NCBI RefSeq assembly: GCF_009914755.1 | Contig: NC_060926.1 | From: the human T2T-CHM13v2.0 reference genome, Homo sapiens | Length of the DNA: 64,000 bases | Strand: one strand, 5' to 3' | Shown here: positions 37,201 to 49,422 of the stretch, piece by piece | How positions within the stretch are numbered: position 1 is the stretch's first letter | How the letters are laid out: every line of letters starts with the position of its first letter | Translations under genes and position numbers: made by a program | Notes under the pieces: generated by a model | What the model saw: only the letters and a program-made list of their open reading frames with translations | Database searches by the model: none | What the model was told of the DNA's origin: nothing

Positions 37201-38219
37201 GTCTGTTACGTCCCTTATAAAAAAACTATGGGCATATTGTAGTTGGTGCTGGTTAGATTTATTTATTTATTTATTTTTAATTTTTTTTTAACCCCTGGAA
37301 GAAAAGTGTCATTACACTGGAGGAATGCAATTTGGCAATGACCTAAGACAGCGTTTGGTCCCTAGAACAGCAGCATTAGCATCACTAGGGAAATTAGAAA
37401 GACAGATTCTCAGCTTCCACCCTAGATCCACTGAACCAAAGACTCGGGCTGGGGCCCAACAATCTGTGCTTTAACAAGCACATAAGGTGATTCAGATTAG
37501 TGCTAATATTTCTGAATAATTAATCTAAGAGAAAAGCCTATGAATGGTCAAAAAGTTGGACATTAACAGTAATATTAATGAAAATAAATGTGAGTTCTTT
37601 AACATTGGGAGCTTGTCTGTCTTGTGTAGCATTCCCAACACTCCGAACATCTGGGTCATAAGAGGGGCAAAACGTATGTGGAATGAAGGACTGAATGAGT
37701 TTATAAAATAGTACAAAGATGAAGGAGAGCTGGGAGGAGCTTCCATATAATAATCTACAGTTTACTTGAAAGCTCATTAAATCTACCTGTACCCTAAAAA
37801 AAAAAAAAAAAAAAAAGCAAACCATACCTACTACAAAAGCTAGCCAGGTAGATATTTTCTGGTCTCATTAATGTCTTTTGCAATAAGAGCTTTTGTTATG
37901 TCTAAAAGCTTACACACACTAAAAAAAAAAAAAAAGAAAACAAAAGAAAAGAAAAAAAACCAACCTCAGGCCAGACATGGCATGGTGGCTCACGCCTGTA
38001 ATCCCAACAATTTGGGAGGCCAAGGTGGGAAGATCAGTTGAGGCCAGGAGTTGAAGACCAACCTGGGCAGCATAGCAAGGCCCTATCTCTGTAAAAATAA
38101 AAACAAAAAAACTCATCTGTTTCATAAAGTGAGAAACTGCCATAGTAGTATACATTTATATCTTTAAGAATAGTAATAATTAACTGAGAAATGCCCAGGC
38201 ATTTAAGATGGAAACTTTA

Positions 38220-38538
38220 TTCTATTCTATTCTATTTATTTATTTATTTATTTACTGAGACAGCGTCTCACCCTGTCGCCCAGGCTGGAGTACTGTGGTG
38301 CAATCTTGGCTCATTGCAACCTCTGCCTCCTGGGTTCAAGTGACTTTCATGCTTCAGCCTCCCAAGTAGCTAGGATTACAGGCCCATGCCACCATACCTG
38401 GCTAATTTTTGTATTTTTAGTAGAGAAGGTGCTTCACCATGATGTCCAGGCTGGTCTCAAATTCCTGGCCTCAAGTGATCCACCCACCTCGGCCTCCCAA
38501 AGTGCTGGAATGGCAGACATGAGCCACTGTGCCCAGCC
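38220..38538 (-). mobile_element. Alu
   Basis: Dimer; flanking repeat atggaaacttta. Confidence 0.85.
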
Positions 38539-38646
38539 AACATGGAAACTTTAAAAGTAAACTTTTATTGTCTATTTCTAATTATAAAAGTAATACACAT
38601 TAATGTTAAAGTTTATAAGATGTAGAAAGATATGAAGAAAAAACCC

Positions 38647-38740
38647 TGGCTATTCTGGGCACACTGCCTGTGGGGTATTCCTGTTCCACAAGGAGTAGAA
38701 CCTCTGCTGCTGCTACAAATTAAATAAAAAAACAAAAAAT
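38647..38740 (+). mobile_element. Short retroposed ERV LTR fragment (LTR10-like) with A-rich tail and 10-bp TSD
   Basis: ggctattctgggcacactgcctgtgggg...cctctgctgctgct followed by an A-rich tail; flanked by gaaaaaaccc at 38637-38646 and 38741-38750. Confidence 0.6.
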
Positions 38741-39218
38741 GAAAAAACCCACTGATACTGCCATAATCTAGAGATATCATTAGCTTTTGGCTTATTCCCT
38801 TTAGGCTTTTATTATGCCTATGCAAATGTAGATATAGATATTTAATTTTTAAACATAATTGGGTCATACTGTATTTTCACTTTCATCTCTAAGTAATAAC
38901 TTTTTATGAAAGTTTATTTTTCCTTAGCTCTTAAGAACTTCCACTGTGTTGAAGAACAGCTTCCTGTAGGTGATGATTCCTAAACACTGGGGCACTTTGT
39001 TTGCATATAGTTGGCATTTAGTGTGTTTGTAGACTATATATAATGGAATATTCCACTACCTTCTCTTTTGAGGGTTTTCCAGACTGTTTATCCATATCTC
39101 TAGAATAATTTGAGTGAATCAACAGCAGTCATTTTCAAACTTCAACATACGTAAGAATCGTCTGGGCAGTTTGTTAAAAATACAGATTCCTGGGCCCTAA
39201 TCCAGAAATTGGATTTAG

Positions 39219-39538
<320 letters not shown>

Positions 39539-40091
39539 CAGGCATCCCTTTAAATGCATGCCTTCTGTGAACAGCACTTCCACTACTGACTTAGAGAGAC
39601 AAAAGGTCTTATAATTTTCGGTCCACTAGGTTATAAATTATCACCTTCACTTGTAAGGTAGTAAGATTAAGATAGTTAAAAGGAAATAATGATTATTTAT
39701 AAATTATAAGTTATTATAAATTATAAATATGCATTATTGCAGCATTCAGAACACTTTTAATCAAAGTTAAGCATTCTGTAATGTTTTTCTTTTCCTTTTA
39801 AATGTAATTTTCTTTTGTTGCAAAAAATGTTTAATGGTGAAAGTCAGATTTAGGGTAGTTAAGTTGCTCAGGGATCCTGTAAGCAAATTTCTGACCTCCT
39901 ACCTGCTTAGACTGTTGAGCCCTACAGGATTGTAAGAGACACACATGACAAATTATGGAGGAAATGAGAGAAAACAGAAAGAATCTTAGGAATGAAAATA
40001 GGAGAGCAGGAATGAGAAATATATGTTTCTATGGGTAAGCCACAGAAAAGATATGATGATTTATGGAGATATATTTGTGCTATATCCCTGA

Positions 40092-40403
<312 letters not shown>

Positions 40404-42499
40404 CCCATTTTCATATAGAAAGCACAACATGGACATCAGGAAGCTTGCCCTTTGATACTAATAGAATCACTGAAGTTCACTGAAGAAGATTTAGGAATAT
40501 TCTGAACCACCAAGAGGGAACCCTCTGAACCATTTCTAATATATTCAGGCATTTTGGTTATTAACTAAATAATAAAATATGCAAACCAACCTATCAAATG
40601 CATTTGTTATTACTTTTTAAATATAAATTACAGAATTTATTGTATTAGGATATACTTCAGAAAACAACAGTTAATCTTGGCTATTCTTGGCCCTTTGATC
40701 TATGTAAATTTTAGAATCAATGCATCAAATTCCACCAAAAATCTATTAGGATTTTATTTAATCTATAGATGAATTTGAGAACCGACATCTGTATAATACA
40801 AGTCTTCCAACTCATTATCCTGAGCCTGTTTTTTTAGCCTTCTCCAAAATATTGCAAAGCTTTATATTTTCTTTGTAGAGTTGTTGTCTCCAACTTATTG
40901 CTAGCTCCTTGCTATTAAAAATGGTATCATTAAAAATTAATTCACTTGTTGCCTCTTTACAAAAAGTGCAACTGATCTCAAGTATAAATTTATACCTAGC
41001 AAACTTGATAAACTTATGTTAGTAATTAATCTCAAGATTCTTTTGGATTGTGTTTTATAATCTTATGTGATTAATAAGTTTTGTTTCTTTTTCTATCATC
41101 ATTTTTTTTTCTTGCTTAACTCAGTAGCTGAGACTTTCAGAAAAATGCTGAATAGGAATAGGTGATAAGGGATATAAGACAAATCCCTTCTAGATCTGAG
41201 TCATGTCTTGGAAGAGAGCTACTCTGAAATGCCTATAGACCATAAGCAGACTGTGTGTGAGCAAGAAATATACTTTTATATGTTAAGCTCTTGAAAATGG
41301 AGCCTGTTAGTTCCTATAGCATGTTCTGTCCTAATATAATCAGATTAAAATAATCATCTTCCATTCCTAGTTTGTTAAAACATCTCATACATGACTGTTG
41401 AATCCTACCAATGTTTTTCACCATCTGTTTTGATGATTATATGATTTTTCCTCTGCAGTCTGTTAAAGTGACAATCATACAAATTGTTTTGTTATCAGTT
41501 TCCATTTATTACTACTTGGTATTACACATGAGCTGATTCTCAGTGTGAATTAGGGCGTTGGACCCCTCCCCCTGCCTCCCTTCTTCTGTCTCCCCATTAG
41601 CCCTTGGATCTCAATCAAGAAAGCTGAACAGTGATGTTAGTGCTTTCTCCCCACTCTCCTCTCTTTTCATAATAGTTTTGCTAGGATGGTAGATCCTAAA
41701 TAGGCATCTGAAAAAAAATGTTCCTTTAAACTCAGTAATTCAGTAACCACAAAGTCATCTTTATCTTGTTGAAGAGAGGATACTTGATGGGCAAACGTGT
41801 GGGGTGACAAAACCGTGAAAGCGCAACAGACTTCAGTTTATATAGGAACCTTGCTGTCTTCTCTGCAAAGAGGTATCCCACTAGCGATTTCATTATCAAG
41901 GAAATGAACACACCTTTTCTGCAGAATTCATTTCTTTCTCATAAAACAAAAATCAACTTCATTCCACATAGCTTTTTAGGTTGAACTGACTAAATTCTGT
42001 GTCCTAATGTACTCGGTTTTAGTGATTTAAAAAATCTTTTCCTTCCCTTCCTACTTAGCAACCTTAGGAGATTGGTAAAAACAAACAAGTAAGTACCAGA
42101 ATGTTCACTATAGTCGGATTAAGGATAGCAAAAACCAAACAGAAACATCCATAGAGAACTGTATAAATAAATTGTTATAGCCTTAGGATATTAGCCATTA
42201 AAAGGAATAAATTAGGTAAATGTATAGGTATGAAAAAGATTTCCAAGATATTCTGTTAAGGGAAAAAAGCAAGATGCAGAACAATATGTATAGGGATAAT
42301 AAATTTTCTGGAATGATCCATGAGAAGGTGATAAAAGGGGTTACATTAGGTAGTGGAACTGGAGTGAGGAAACTTCATTTTCTACCCTTTGGTTCTATAT
42401 GAAAGGTTTTGTCATATTACACATATTGCTTTTTAAATAATTTAAAATTAGTTTAGAACTTAAAATTAAATGATAACCTTTGCACTTTTTGGTGTTTAG

Positions 42500-42654
42500 C
42501 TTCTTTCAGGTTTTTCAGTCTTTCTGCTTCCATGGGCTCCGCTTTCTCTCCGAGCATTTCTCATGCCCATACATGTTTATTCTGGAATTGTCATCTTTGG
42601 AACAGTGATTGCAACAGCACTTATGGGATTGACAGAGAAACTGATTTTTTCCCT
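42500..42654 (+). CDS. CYBRD1: CYBRD1 coding exon 3 (His159)
   Basis: Acceptor gtttag|CTT and donor CT|gtaagt. Encodes [51 protein letters not shown]; 155 nt. Confidence 0.96.
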
Positions 42655-42985
42655 GTAAGTTGCATAGTCTTCTTAATTGTAATACTTAAGCCACAAAATG
42701 TTAAATACTTGTTCACTGGGAAAATGTAATAAAAATATAACAAAATTTTTTAGATATTAAAATTAAAAAATATTTTAAAGAATTTGTTATATCATATAGG
42801 TAATATGATATTACTAAAAGTTTAGAAGGGCCAAAAAGTCTGACAAATTGTATTACTCTTATGAAACAACTATTGAAGTTATACATTCCCTTTCAATCTT
42901 GTTGATATGCATGTTTTTATATTAATTGTAATTATAGTGTACATACATTTTTGTTTCATCCTTTTTAAAAATTTTAAGTGATAAC

Positions 42986-43448
42986 TGTTACTGGTGGAGG
43001 GTGTCCAGGTTCTTGGCGTTTTGAACAAAGAAGTGGACAAAACACACAAACAAAGCAAGTAAAGAATGAAGCAACAAAAGCAGAGAGTTACTGAAAATGA
43101 AAGTACACTCCACAGGGCGGGAGTGGCCTGAGCAGCCACTCAACGGCCCGATAGGGAATCTTCTTGGGTCCAAATAGCCCCTAGAGGTTTCCCATTGGCC
43201 AGTTGGTGTTCACTCCATGTAAATGAAGTGGTGGCCTGCAGTCAGTTTGATTGGTTGTAGAAAGCAACCAATCAGAGATACTTTCAATTTTCCATCCGCC
43301 ATGCAGAAAAGCGGGGTTTGCAAAGGGAGCAGCCTCGGGTCCTTTTGCTACTTAGATGTGGAAAGTTGGGGTTTTCCTTTTGGTTTAGTTCTAGGAAGTC
43401 CGTGTGAATTGACCTGAGGTTGCCTGCCTCCAGACCCTACCTGCCTTA
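42986..43448 (-). mobile_element. ERV1 solo LTR (MER51-like) in CYBRD1 intron 3
   Basis: Minus strand: aggcagg..gggtctggaggcaggc ... aagaacctggacaccctccaccagtaaca; several CCAAT boxes. Confidence 0.75.
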
Positions 43449-43677
43449 AAACAAGTGTTACAGATGCTATATTATTTTCATATTTATTATTTTTAAATCA
43501 ATTTCATTATATATTCCTGAGTGAATTGTAGCATAATTTATATTTCTCCTTAATAGCAAGCTTTGAGAGTTTACATTGAAACTGTACTAGTGTGCATTTT
43601 GAGCAGATAAATTCAAGACTGTTTTGCATGTTGCTGTATCATCCTGTTTGTAATTGGATACATCTCTTATTTCATAG

Positions 43678-43981
43678 GAGAGATCCTGCATACAGTACAT
43701 TCCCGCCAGAAGGTGTTTTCGTAAATACGCTTGGCCTTCTGATCCTGGTGTTCGGGGCCCTCATTTTTTGGATAGTCACCAGACCGCAATGGAAACGTCC
43801 TAAGGAGCCAAATTCTACCATTCTTCATCCAAATGGAGGCACTGAACAGGGAGCAAGAGGTTCCATGCCAGCCTACTCTGGCAACAACATGGACAAATCA
43901 GATTCAGAGTTAAACAATGAAGTAGCAGCAAGGAAAAGAAACTTAGCTCTGGATGAGGCTGGGCAGAGATCTACCATGTAA
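43678..43981 (+). CDS. CYBRD1: CYBRD1 coding exon 4 (last TM helix and cytoplasmic tail)
   Basis: Acceptor ttcatag|G. Encodes [19 protein letters not shown]...DEAGQRSTM then TAA. Spliced total 193+209+155+304 = 861 nt = 286 aa + stop. Confidence 0.97.
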
Positions 43982-44799
43982 AATGTTGTAGAGATAGAGC
44001 CATATAACGTCACGTTTCAAAACTAGCTCTACAGTTTTGCTTCTCCTATTAGCCATATGATAATTGGGCTATGTAGTATCAATATTTACTTTAATCACAA
44101 AGGATGGTTTCTTGAAATAATTTGTATTGATTGAGGCCTATGAACTGACCTGAATTGGAAAGGATGTGATTAATATAAATAATAGCAGATATAAATTGTG
44201 GTTATGTTACCTTTATCTTGTTGAGGACCACAACATTAGCACGGTGCCTTGTGCAGAATAGATACTCAATATGTGAATATGTGTCTACTAGTAGTTAATT
44301 GGATAAACTGGCAGCATCCCTGGCCTGTTGTCATGCAGTCATTTCCTGTTAATTCTGGGAGACAATGATTTCACAACTAGAGGGAAGCAGTCCTAAAAGT
44401 TTAAAATCCGATAAGGAATATCTGGGACAGGGTTTAGATCATGACTCTACACAGATACCATGATGAGAGTATATTAAAGAAATTTAGGAAAGCACCTGGT
44501 TCCTTTCTCCCCATGCCTGCCTTCTGCTCCCTCCCCAGCTGGTTTGGGCTCAAATTGTCCCTGGAGACTAGGGTTTATGTTAGGGTATTGATAGATTAGA
44601 GCAGGTGGTTGAAGAGATCTTCTCTGGTCAGACTTGGAAGAATTTCCAAAAGTGAAGTTAGCCCCAAGACTTCCCTAGGGTTGATGTACTTTATGATCCA
44701 GATGCTAAACTTCTTAGAATGAAAATATGCTTCAACACTTAAGTAGCATACACTGCCCTACAAACCTCAGAGAGCACTTTTCCCCAAGTTCTTGTTTTT

Positions 44800-45052
44800 A
44801 TTTTTGAAAGTACTCACACAGCACTTACTATGCTCCAAACACTCCTCTAAGCACTTTACACATATTAGCTCATTCAGTCCCCAGACAGACGGGATGAAGT
44901 AGGTATTGTTACTGTTCCCATTTTACAGGTGAGAGATTTGAAGCCTGGGGAGGCTAGTAACTCACCCCAAGGTCACACGGCTCATACATGGTGGGACTGA
45001 GACTCAGATGCAGGCAGTCTGGCACCTCAGTCTGGATTCTAACCATTTCACT
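44800..45052 (-). mobile_element. MIR in the CYBRD1 3' UTR
   Basis: cccattttacaggtgagagatttgaagcc...ccaaggtcacac is the antisense MIR core. Confidence 0.7.
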
Positions 45053-47264
45053 AAGCTATTTTTGTCTTGTACTACTTTGACCCACCCCTGAATAAACCTC
45101 AATTGCTGGAGTGGGGTGTAGTTATTAAAGGGATGCTTTTTACCTTTTGCTGTCTGCTGTGGCAGATTCCCCAGATAACCAAGGAAAAGGGGCCACCCAT
45201 ACCTGGAAATAGGCCATAGGGCCCCTACTACTGCCAACAAGCCATGGCCTACCTTGACACTTGTTTGATCTTAAAATTGTGTCTTGGTAACAAAAGATTT
45301 GGACAGGCATATCTGTAGCTTTCAAGTTAATTAATTGCAATATTTTTTTCTTCAGGATTTTAGCTGCTGAACAACTTTCAGTTTGGAGCTAAAAGAGACC
45401 TGTCTCATGGTCTGCCCTTCCCTGGGGCAATAGCTAGGGTCTTTCCTGATTTTTATGGAATTTTAGGGGATATTTTGAGCTTTGGGTTCTCAGTAGTGAA
45501 TTGAGACTTGGAGGTGACTTTTCATGTTTGGAGTATCATCTCTGTCTGGGCTCTGGGCTGACAAATTAAAACCTAGAGTAGTGCTTATGCTGAAATGATA
45601 CTTTTCATTTTTTGGTTGATTTTTTTGCCTTCCCTTCAATTTTAAACTGAAGCATTTTAATGTGGGTAGAAACTCTACACCAAATACACTAAACATTTTG
45701 GTGCTTAGTGGATTTCTTTTTAGGTAACTGGTACTTACTTCCAAAGACTGAATACAAGCCACACTCCATCATATCCCTTAAACTTCATGAAAAACCATTC
45801 AAGATCCCCTTGCTGCAACACTGTTCTCTTCTTCTCTACTAAATTCTATTTCCAAAATTGGTAATAGAGCCAGAAGGATCCCCAGTACCCAGCCCTCTGC
45901 CTGGCACAAAGTGGTAGCACAATTAAATTCAGTATGGGTGGAGCATGGTACAGTCTTGGTGCCATAGAAGGAGTAGTTGCATAGTCACACATCATTTGAT
46001 AAGTTGGATGTTCCATTACATAGAGGAACACAAAATTCCAGGGTTTTTGGAGGAAGGGATTAGATAGTGACTAAGCCGCCAGAATTGAGGTGGCCATTCC
46101 TTTTTGTATAGGCTAAGAAACAGGTTATCAGTGAAAAGTTAATTATGGCTTTGGCACTAGAATAGCACTGTTGCAAAGTATTTAAGCACCCCCCATCTCA
46201 GCCCTTTATTTTATCTTTCATGTGGGCTAATGTGAGGATAATCTTACAGATATTATAGGAATTTCTTTTCTATCTTTATGAAAACAACGTATATAAAATA
46301 TATCTAGAAAACCTTTGTTTGAGACTCTTATTTAATGGGCTTTTGATTCTAATGATAATTGTACCTTTATCTTTCAAAAGCTGATATTTCCTACCTAAGC
46401 ATCTCCCGAGAAAAATATCTCATTAAAAAGCCCATAAATAATAGGGGAGAAGAAAGCCTTAGGTATCAATTCCAAAACAGTGATTGAAATTTCCCAAAAT
46501 AATTATGGCTTCTGTCATCTCCAGAGATAATCTGGCTTGGTTTACCCCATAATCTAATTTCAGAAAAGAAAGCTTTATTTTAACACTCATCTGAATCAAC
46601 ATTAAAGCCTTTTCTCTCAAAGCGTTTATTGAGAAACTCAAATGAATATACTTTTTGAATTACTGTCATCAAAAGTGTACGGCTTCCTGTGCTGCTTGTG
46701 TCAAATGGAACCTGCCCTCTAAAGCACTTTCTTTCCTTTACTTGCGTGGTTTCATGTAAGCTGTGCTGTTTAGAAACAACATCTCAGACTTTACAAAGAA
46801 ATGACAAAGAAGGCAATTGCACTTTTTAAGGGATATCGACAAGCAGTTTCTGTTTTCTAAAGGACAAAATACAGAGTGTGTGTCATTTTTAATTAGATTC
46901 TTTCCCCTGCTGAGTTGGAAATTCCAGTGCAGCACTGATTGACCACAGTTGCCAATCTAAAAGCACAAAGACAGAAGTAAAGCTTTATGCTAATTTTATT
47001 TCAATATGATAGAAAATTTATCTTGGTATGTCCTTTTTTAGATAACTCCAGCAGGAAACTGTAACTGCTATGTCTTTAGGAAAATGTAGAAGAAAGAACA
47101 TTATTATTCTTTAATTCCTACAAGGTACTTGAAAACCTTAAGTGAAAAAGATTTCTATCTTTTTATCTTAGCGCATTTATGGAAAAAATATTAACTGTCC
47201 TGAATATTTTATAATTTTGTAGGAAAAATATGCATCTATTTTTTCTTGACTTCTTTTATATAGT

Positions 47265-47270
47265 AATAAA
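47265..47270 (+). terminator. Distal polyadenylation signal AATAAA of CYBRD1
   Basis: AATAAA preceded by U-rich sequence and followed about 20 nt later by ctttgtgtgtt. Confidence 0.75.
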
Positions 47271-47439
47271 AGTTATTTTGGAAGCTCTTTGTGTGTTATC
47301 AATTTGTCTGGGGTAGCAGGGGTAGGCATTGTTGTGAAAGTTTCTTTGCCATGGTTTTTGGTTTGTTTATTTTTCAGCAGAGATAGTCTTTTTTCAGTTT
47401 CTTGATTATGTTAACTGAAAAGCCAGACTCTGTAATGTA

Positions 47440-47920
47440 TAATACATATTTTATAATATTTACTATTAATATTATATATTTATATATAATATTTACTATA
47501 AATATCATATATTTATATATAATATTTACTATAAATATCATATATTTATATATAATATTTACTATAAATATCATATATTTATATATAATATTTACTATAA
47601 ATATTATGTATTTTTATATAATATTTACTATTAATATTATGTATTTATATATAATATGTAATATTATATATTTATATATAATATGTAATATTATATATTT
47701 ATATATAATATGTAATATTATATATATATAATATGTAATATTATATATATATAATATGTAATATTATATATATATAATATTACATATTATATATATATAA
47801 TATGTAATATTATATATATATAATATGTAATATTATATATATATAATATGTAATATTATATATATATAATATGTAATATTATATATTTATATATAATATG
47901 TAATATTATATATTTATAAA
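47440..47920. repeat. AT-rich minisatellite (33-bp units then ~23-27-bp units)
   Basis: (ataatatttactataaatatcatatatttatat)n followed by (ataatatgtaatattatatat...)n. Confidence 0.95.
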
Positions 47921-47924
47921 ATTT

Positions 47925-48785
47925 TTCGCAGTAAAGAGTTTAATTAATGCAAAGCAGCCAAGCAGAAGGACTGGAGTTATCACTCAAATCAGTCTTCCTG
48001 AAGGCTCAGAGGTTAGGGTTTTTCAATGATAGTTTGGTGGGCAGGGGCAAGGGAATGGATGCTGCTGATTGGTTGGGAATGCAATCATAGGTGTGTAGAA
48101 AACAATCCTCATGCACTGAGTCCCCCTCTGGAGGAGGGCCACAGGACCAATTAAGTCATGAGTCACAAGTCCAGGTGGGGTCAGCTCTTCACTACCTGAC
48201 CAATCTTAGGTTCTACAATAGTGATGTTATCTATAGGAGCAACTGGGGAAGTCACAAATTTTGTGACCTCTGGCCACTTGACTCCTGAGCAGTAAGAGAT
48301 TAGAGAAACTGATGCAGGTCAGGGGAGCCCCAACGTGGGGCTTAGCCCATGTAGGTTTTTGGCTTTGCCCAGGAAAGAATTCAAGAGCAAGCCAGAGGTG
48401 GAAGAAAACAGCTTTACTGAAGAGGCAGTGTTACAGCACCATGACTGCTCCTGTAGAGCAGTGCTACCCCCTAGGCAGAGAGTAGCCTGTAAAATATTTT
48501 AAAGAGGTTTATTCTGAGCCAATACAAGTGTCAATGACCTGGGGAACACAGTCTCAAGAGGTCCTGAGAAAGTGTGCCCCAGCAGTCGGAATTACAGTTT
48601 GCTTTTAGATATTTTAGGGAAGCAGGAGTTATAGGAAAAGGCATAAATCAATGCATGGAAGGTATGCAGTGGTTTGCCCCAAAAAGGTGGGATAACTTGA
48701 AACAGAAGCTTAGTTTATAGGTGGATTCAGAGACTCTTTAATATGCAATTGGTTAAAGGAATAGAGCTCTGTCTAAAAATTTGGA
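47925..48785 (-). mobile_element. Cluster of ERV1 LTR fragments (about three pieces; LTR8/MER4-group-like)
   Basis: LTR-like motif strings begin near 47925, 48311 and 48489; subfamilies uncertain. Confidence 0.5.
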
Positions 48786-48788
48786 ATT

Positions 48789-49110
48789 GGCCGGGTGCAA
48801 TGTCTCATGCCTGTAATCTTAGCACTTTGGGAGGCCGAGGTGTGAAGATCACTTAAGCCCAGGAGTTTAAGACCAGCCTGGGCAACAAAGTGAAACCGCA
48901 TCTCTAAAAAAACAAAATTAAGAAGTTATCTAGGTGTGGTGGCATGTGCCTGTAGTTCCAGCTACTCAGGAGGCTAGGGTGGGAGGATCACTTAAGTCCA
49001 GGAAGTCAAGGCTGCAGTGAGCCATGATCATGCTACTGCACTCCAGCCTAAGTGACAGAGCAAGACTCTGTCTCAAAAAATAAAAATAAAAATAAAAAAA
49101 TAAAAAAAAA
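48789..49110 (+). mobile_element. AluJ-like
   Basis: Alu dimer. Confidence 0.85.
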
Positions 49111-49422
49111 TTTGGGAGTCAACAGAAAGGAATATTTATGGAATAGCAAATTATTCTACGTAGTGGTTCTCTGCTAGGTTTAAGACAAATTTCTGCCCTG
49201 TAATAGCTACAATAAGGTCATGAGGATCTGGTAAAACATACTCAAATATCCTACCCAACTTTCTCCACCTTGCTGAATTCAGCATCTCCTCTAAAACTCA
49301 GATTTTAGAGCTTTTCAGCTCCTGCTTCATCTCCTTTGCCCCTGCTCCCACCACGCCTCAGTCTGGGTGGAATGTTTCTCCTCACAGCATTCAAAGAACT
49401 TGGTTCCTGCCTCTAGCCCATC

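Larger units (their letters stand above)
43982..47290 (+). other. CYBRD1: CYBRD1 3' UTR (~3.3 kb; end approximate)
   Basis: Alu-free sequence from the stop codon to AATAAA at 47265, followed by a GU-rich tract. Confidence 0.8.

Noticed and set aside
46391-46397. let-7 seed site in the 3' UTR (ctaccta)
   Set aside because: Does not match the required CTACCTC heptamer.
46472-46488. Possible iron-responsive element C-caaaa-CAGTGA-ttgaa in the 3' UTR
   Set aside because: Only two of five upper-stem pairs form. Other CAGTGN hits I checked (near 46129 and 46925) also fail, consistent with CYBRD1 lacking a canonical IRE.
47374-47731. Repetitive Ile/Tyr-rich ORFs
   Set aside because: Translation of the AT minisatellite.
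47440-47920. CRISPR-like array
   Set aside because: No unique spacers; a simple eukaryotic tandem repeat.
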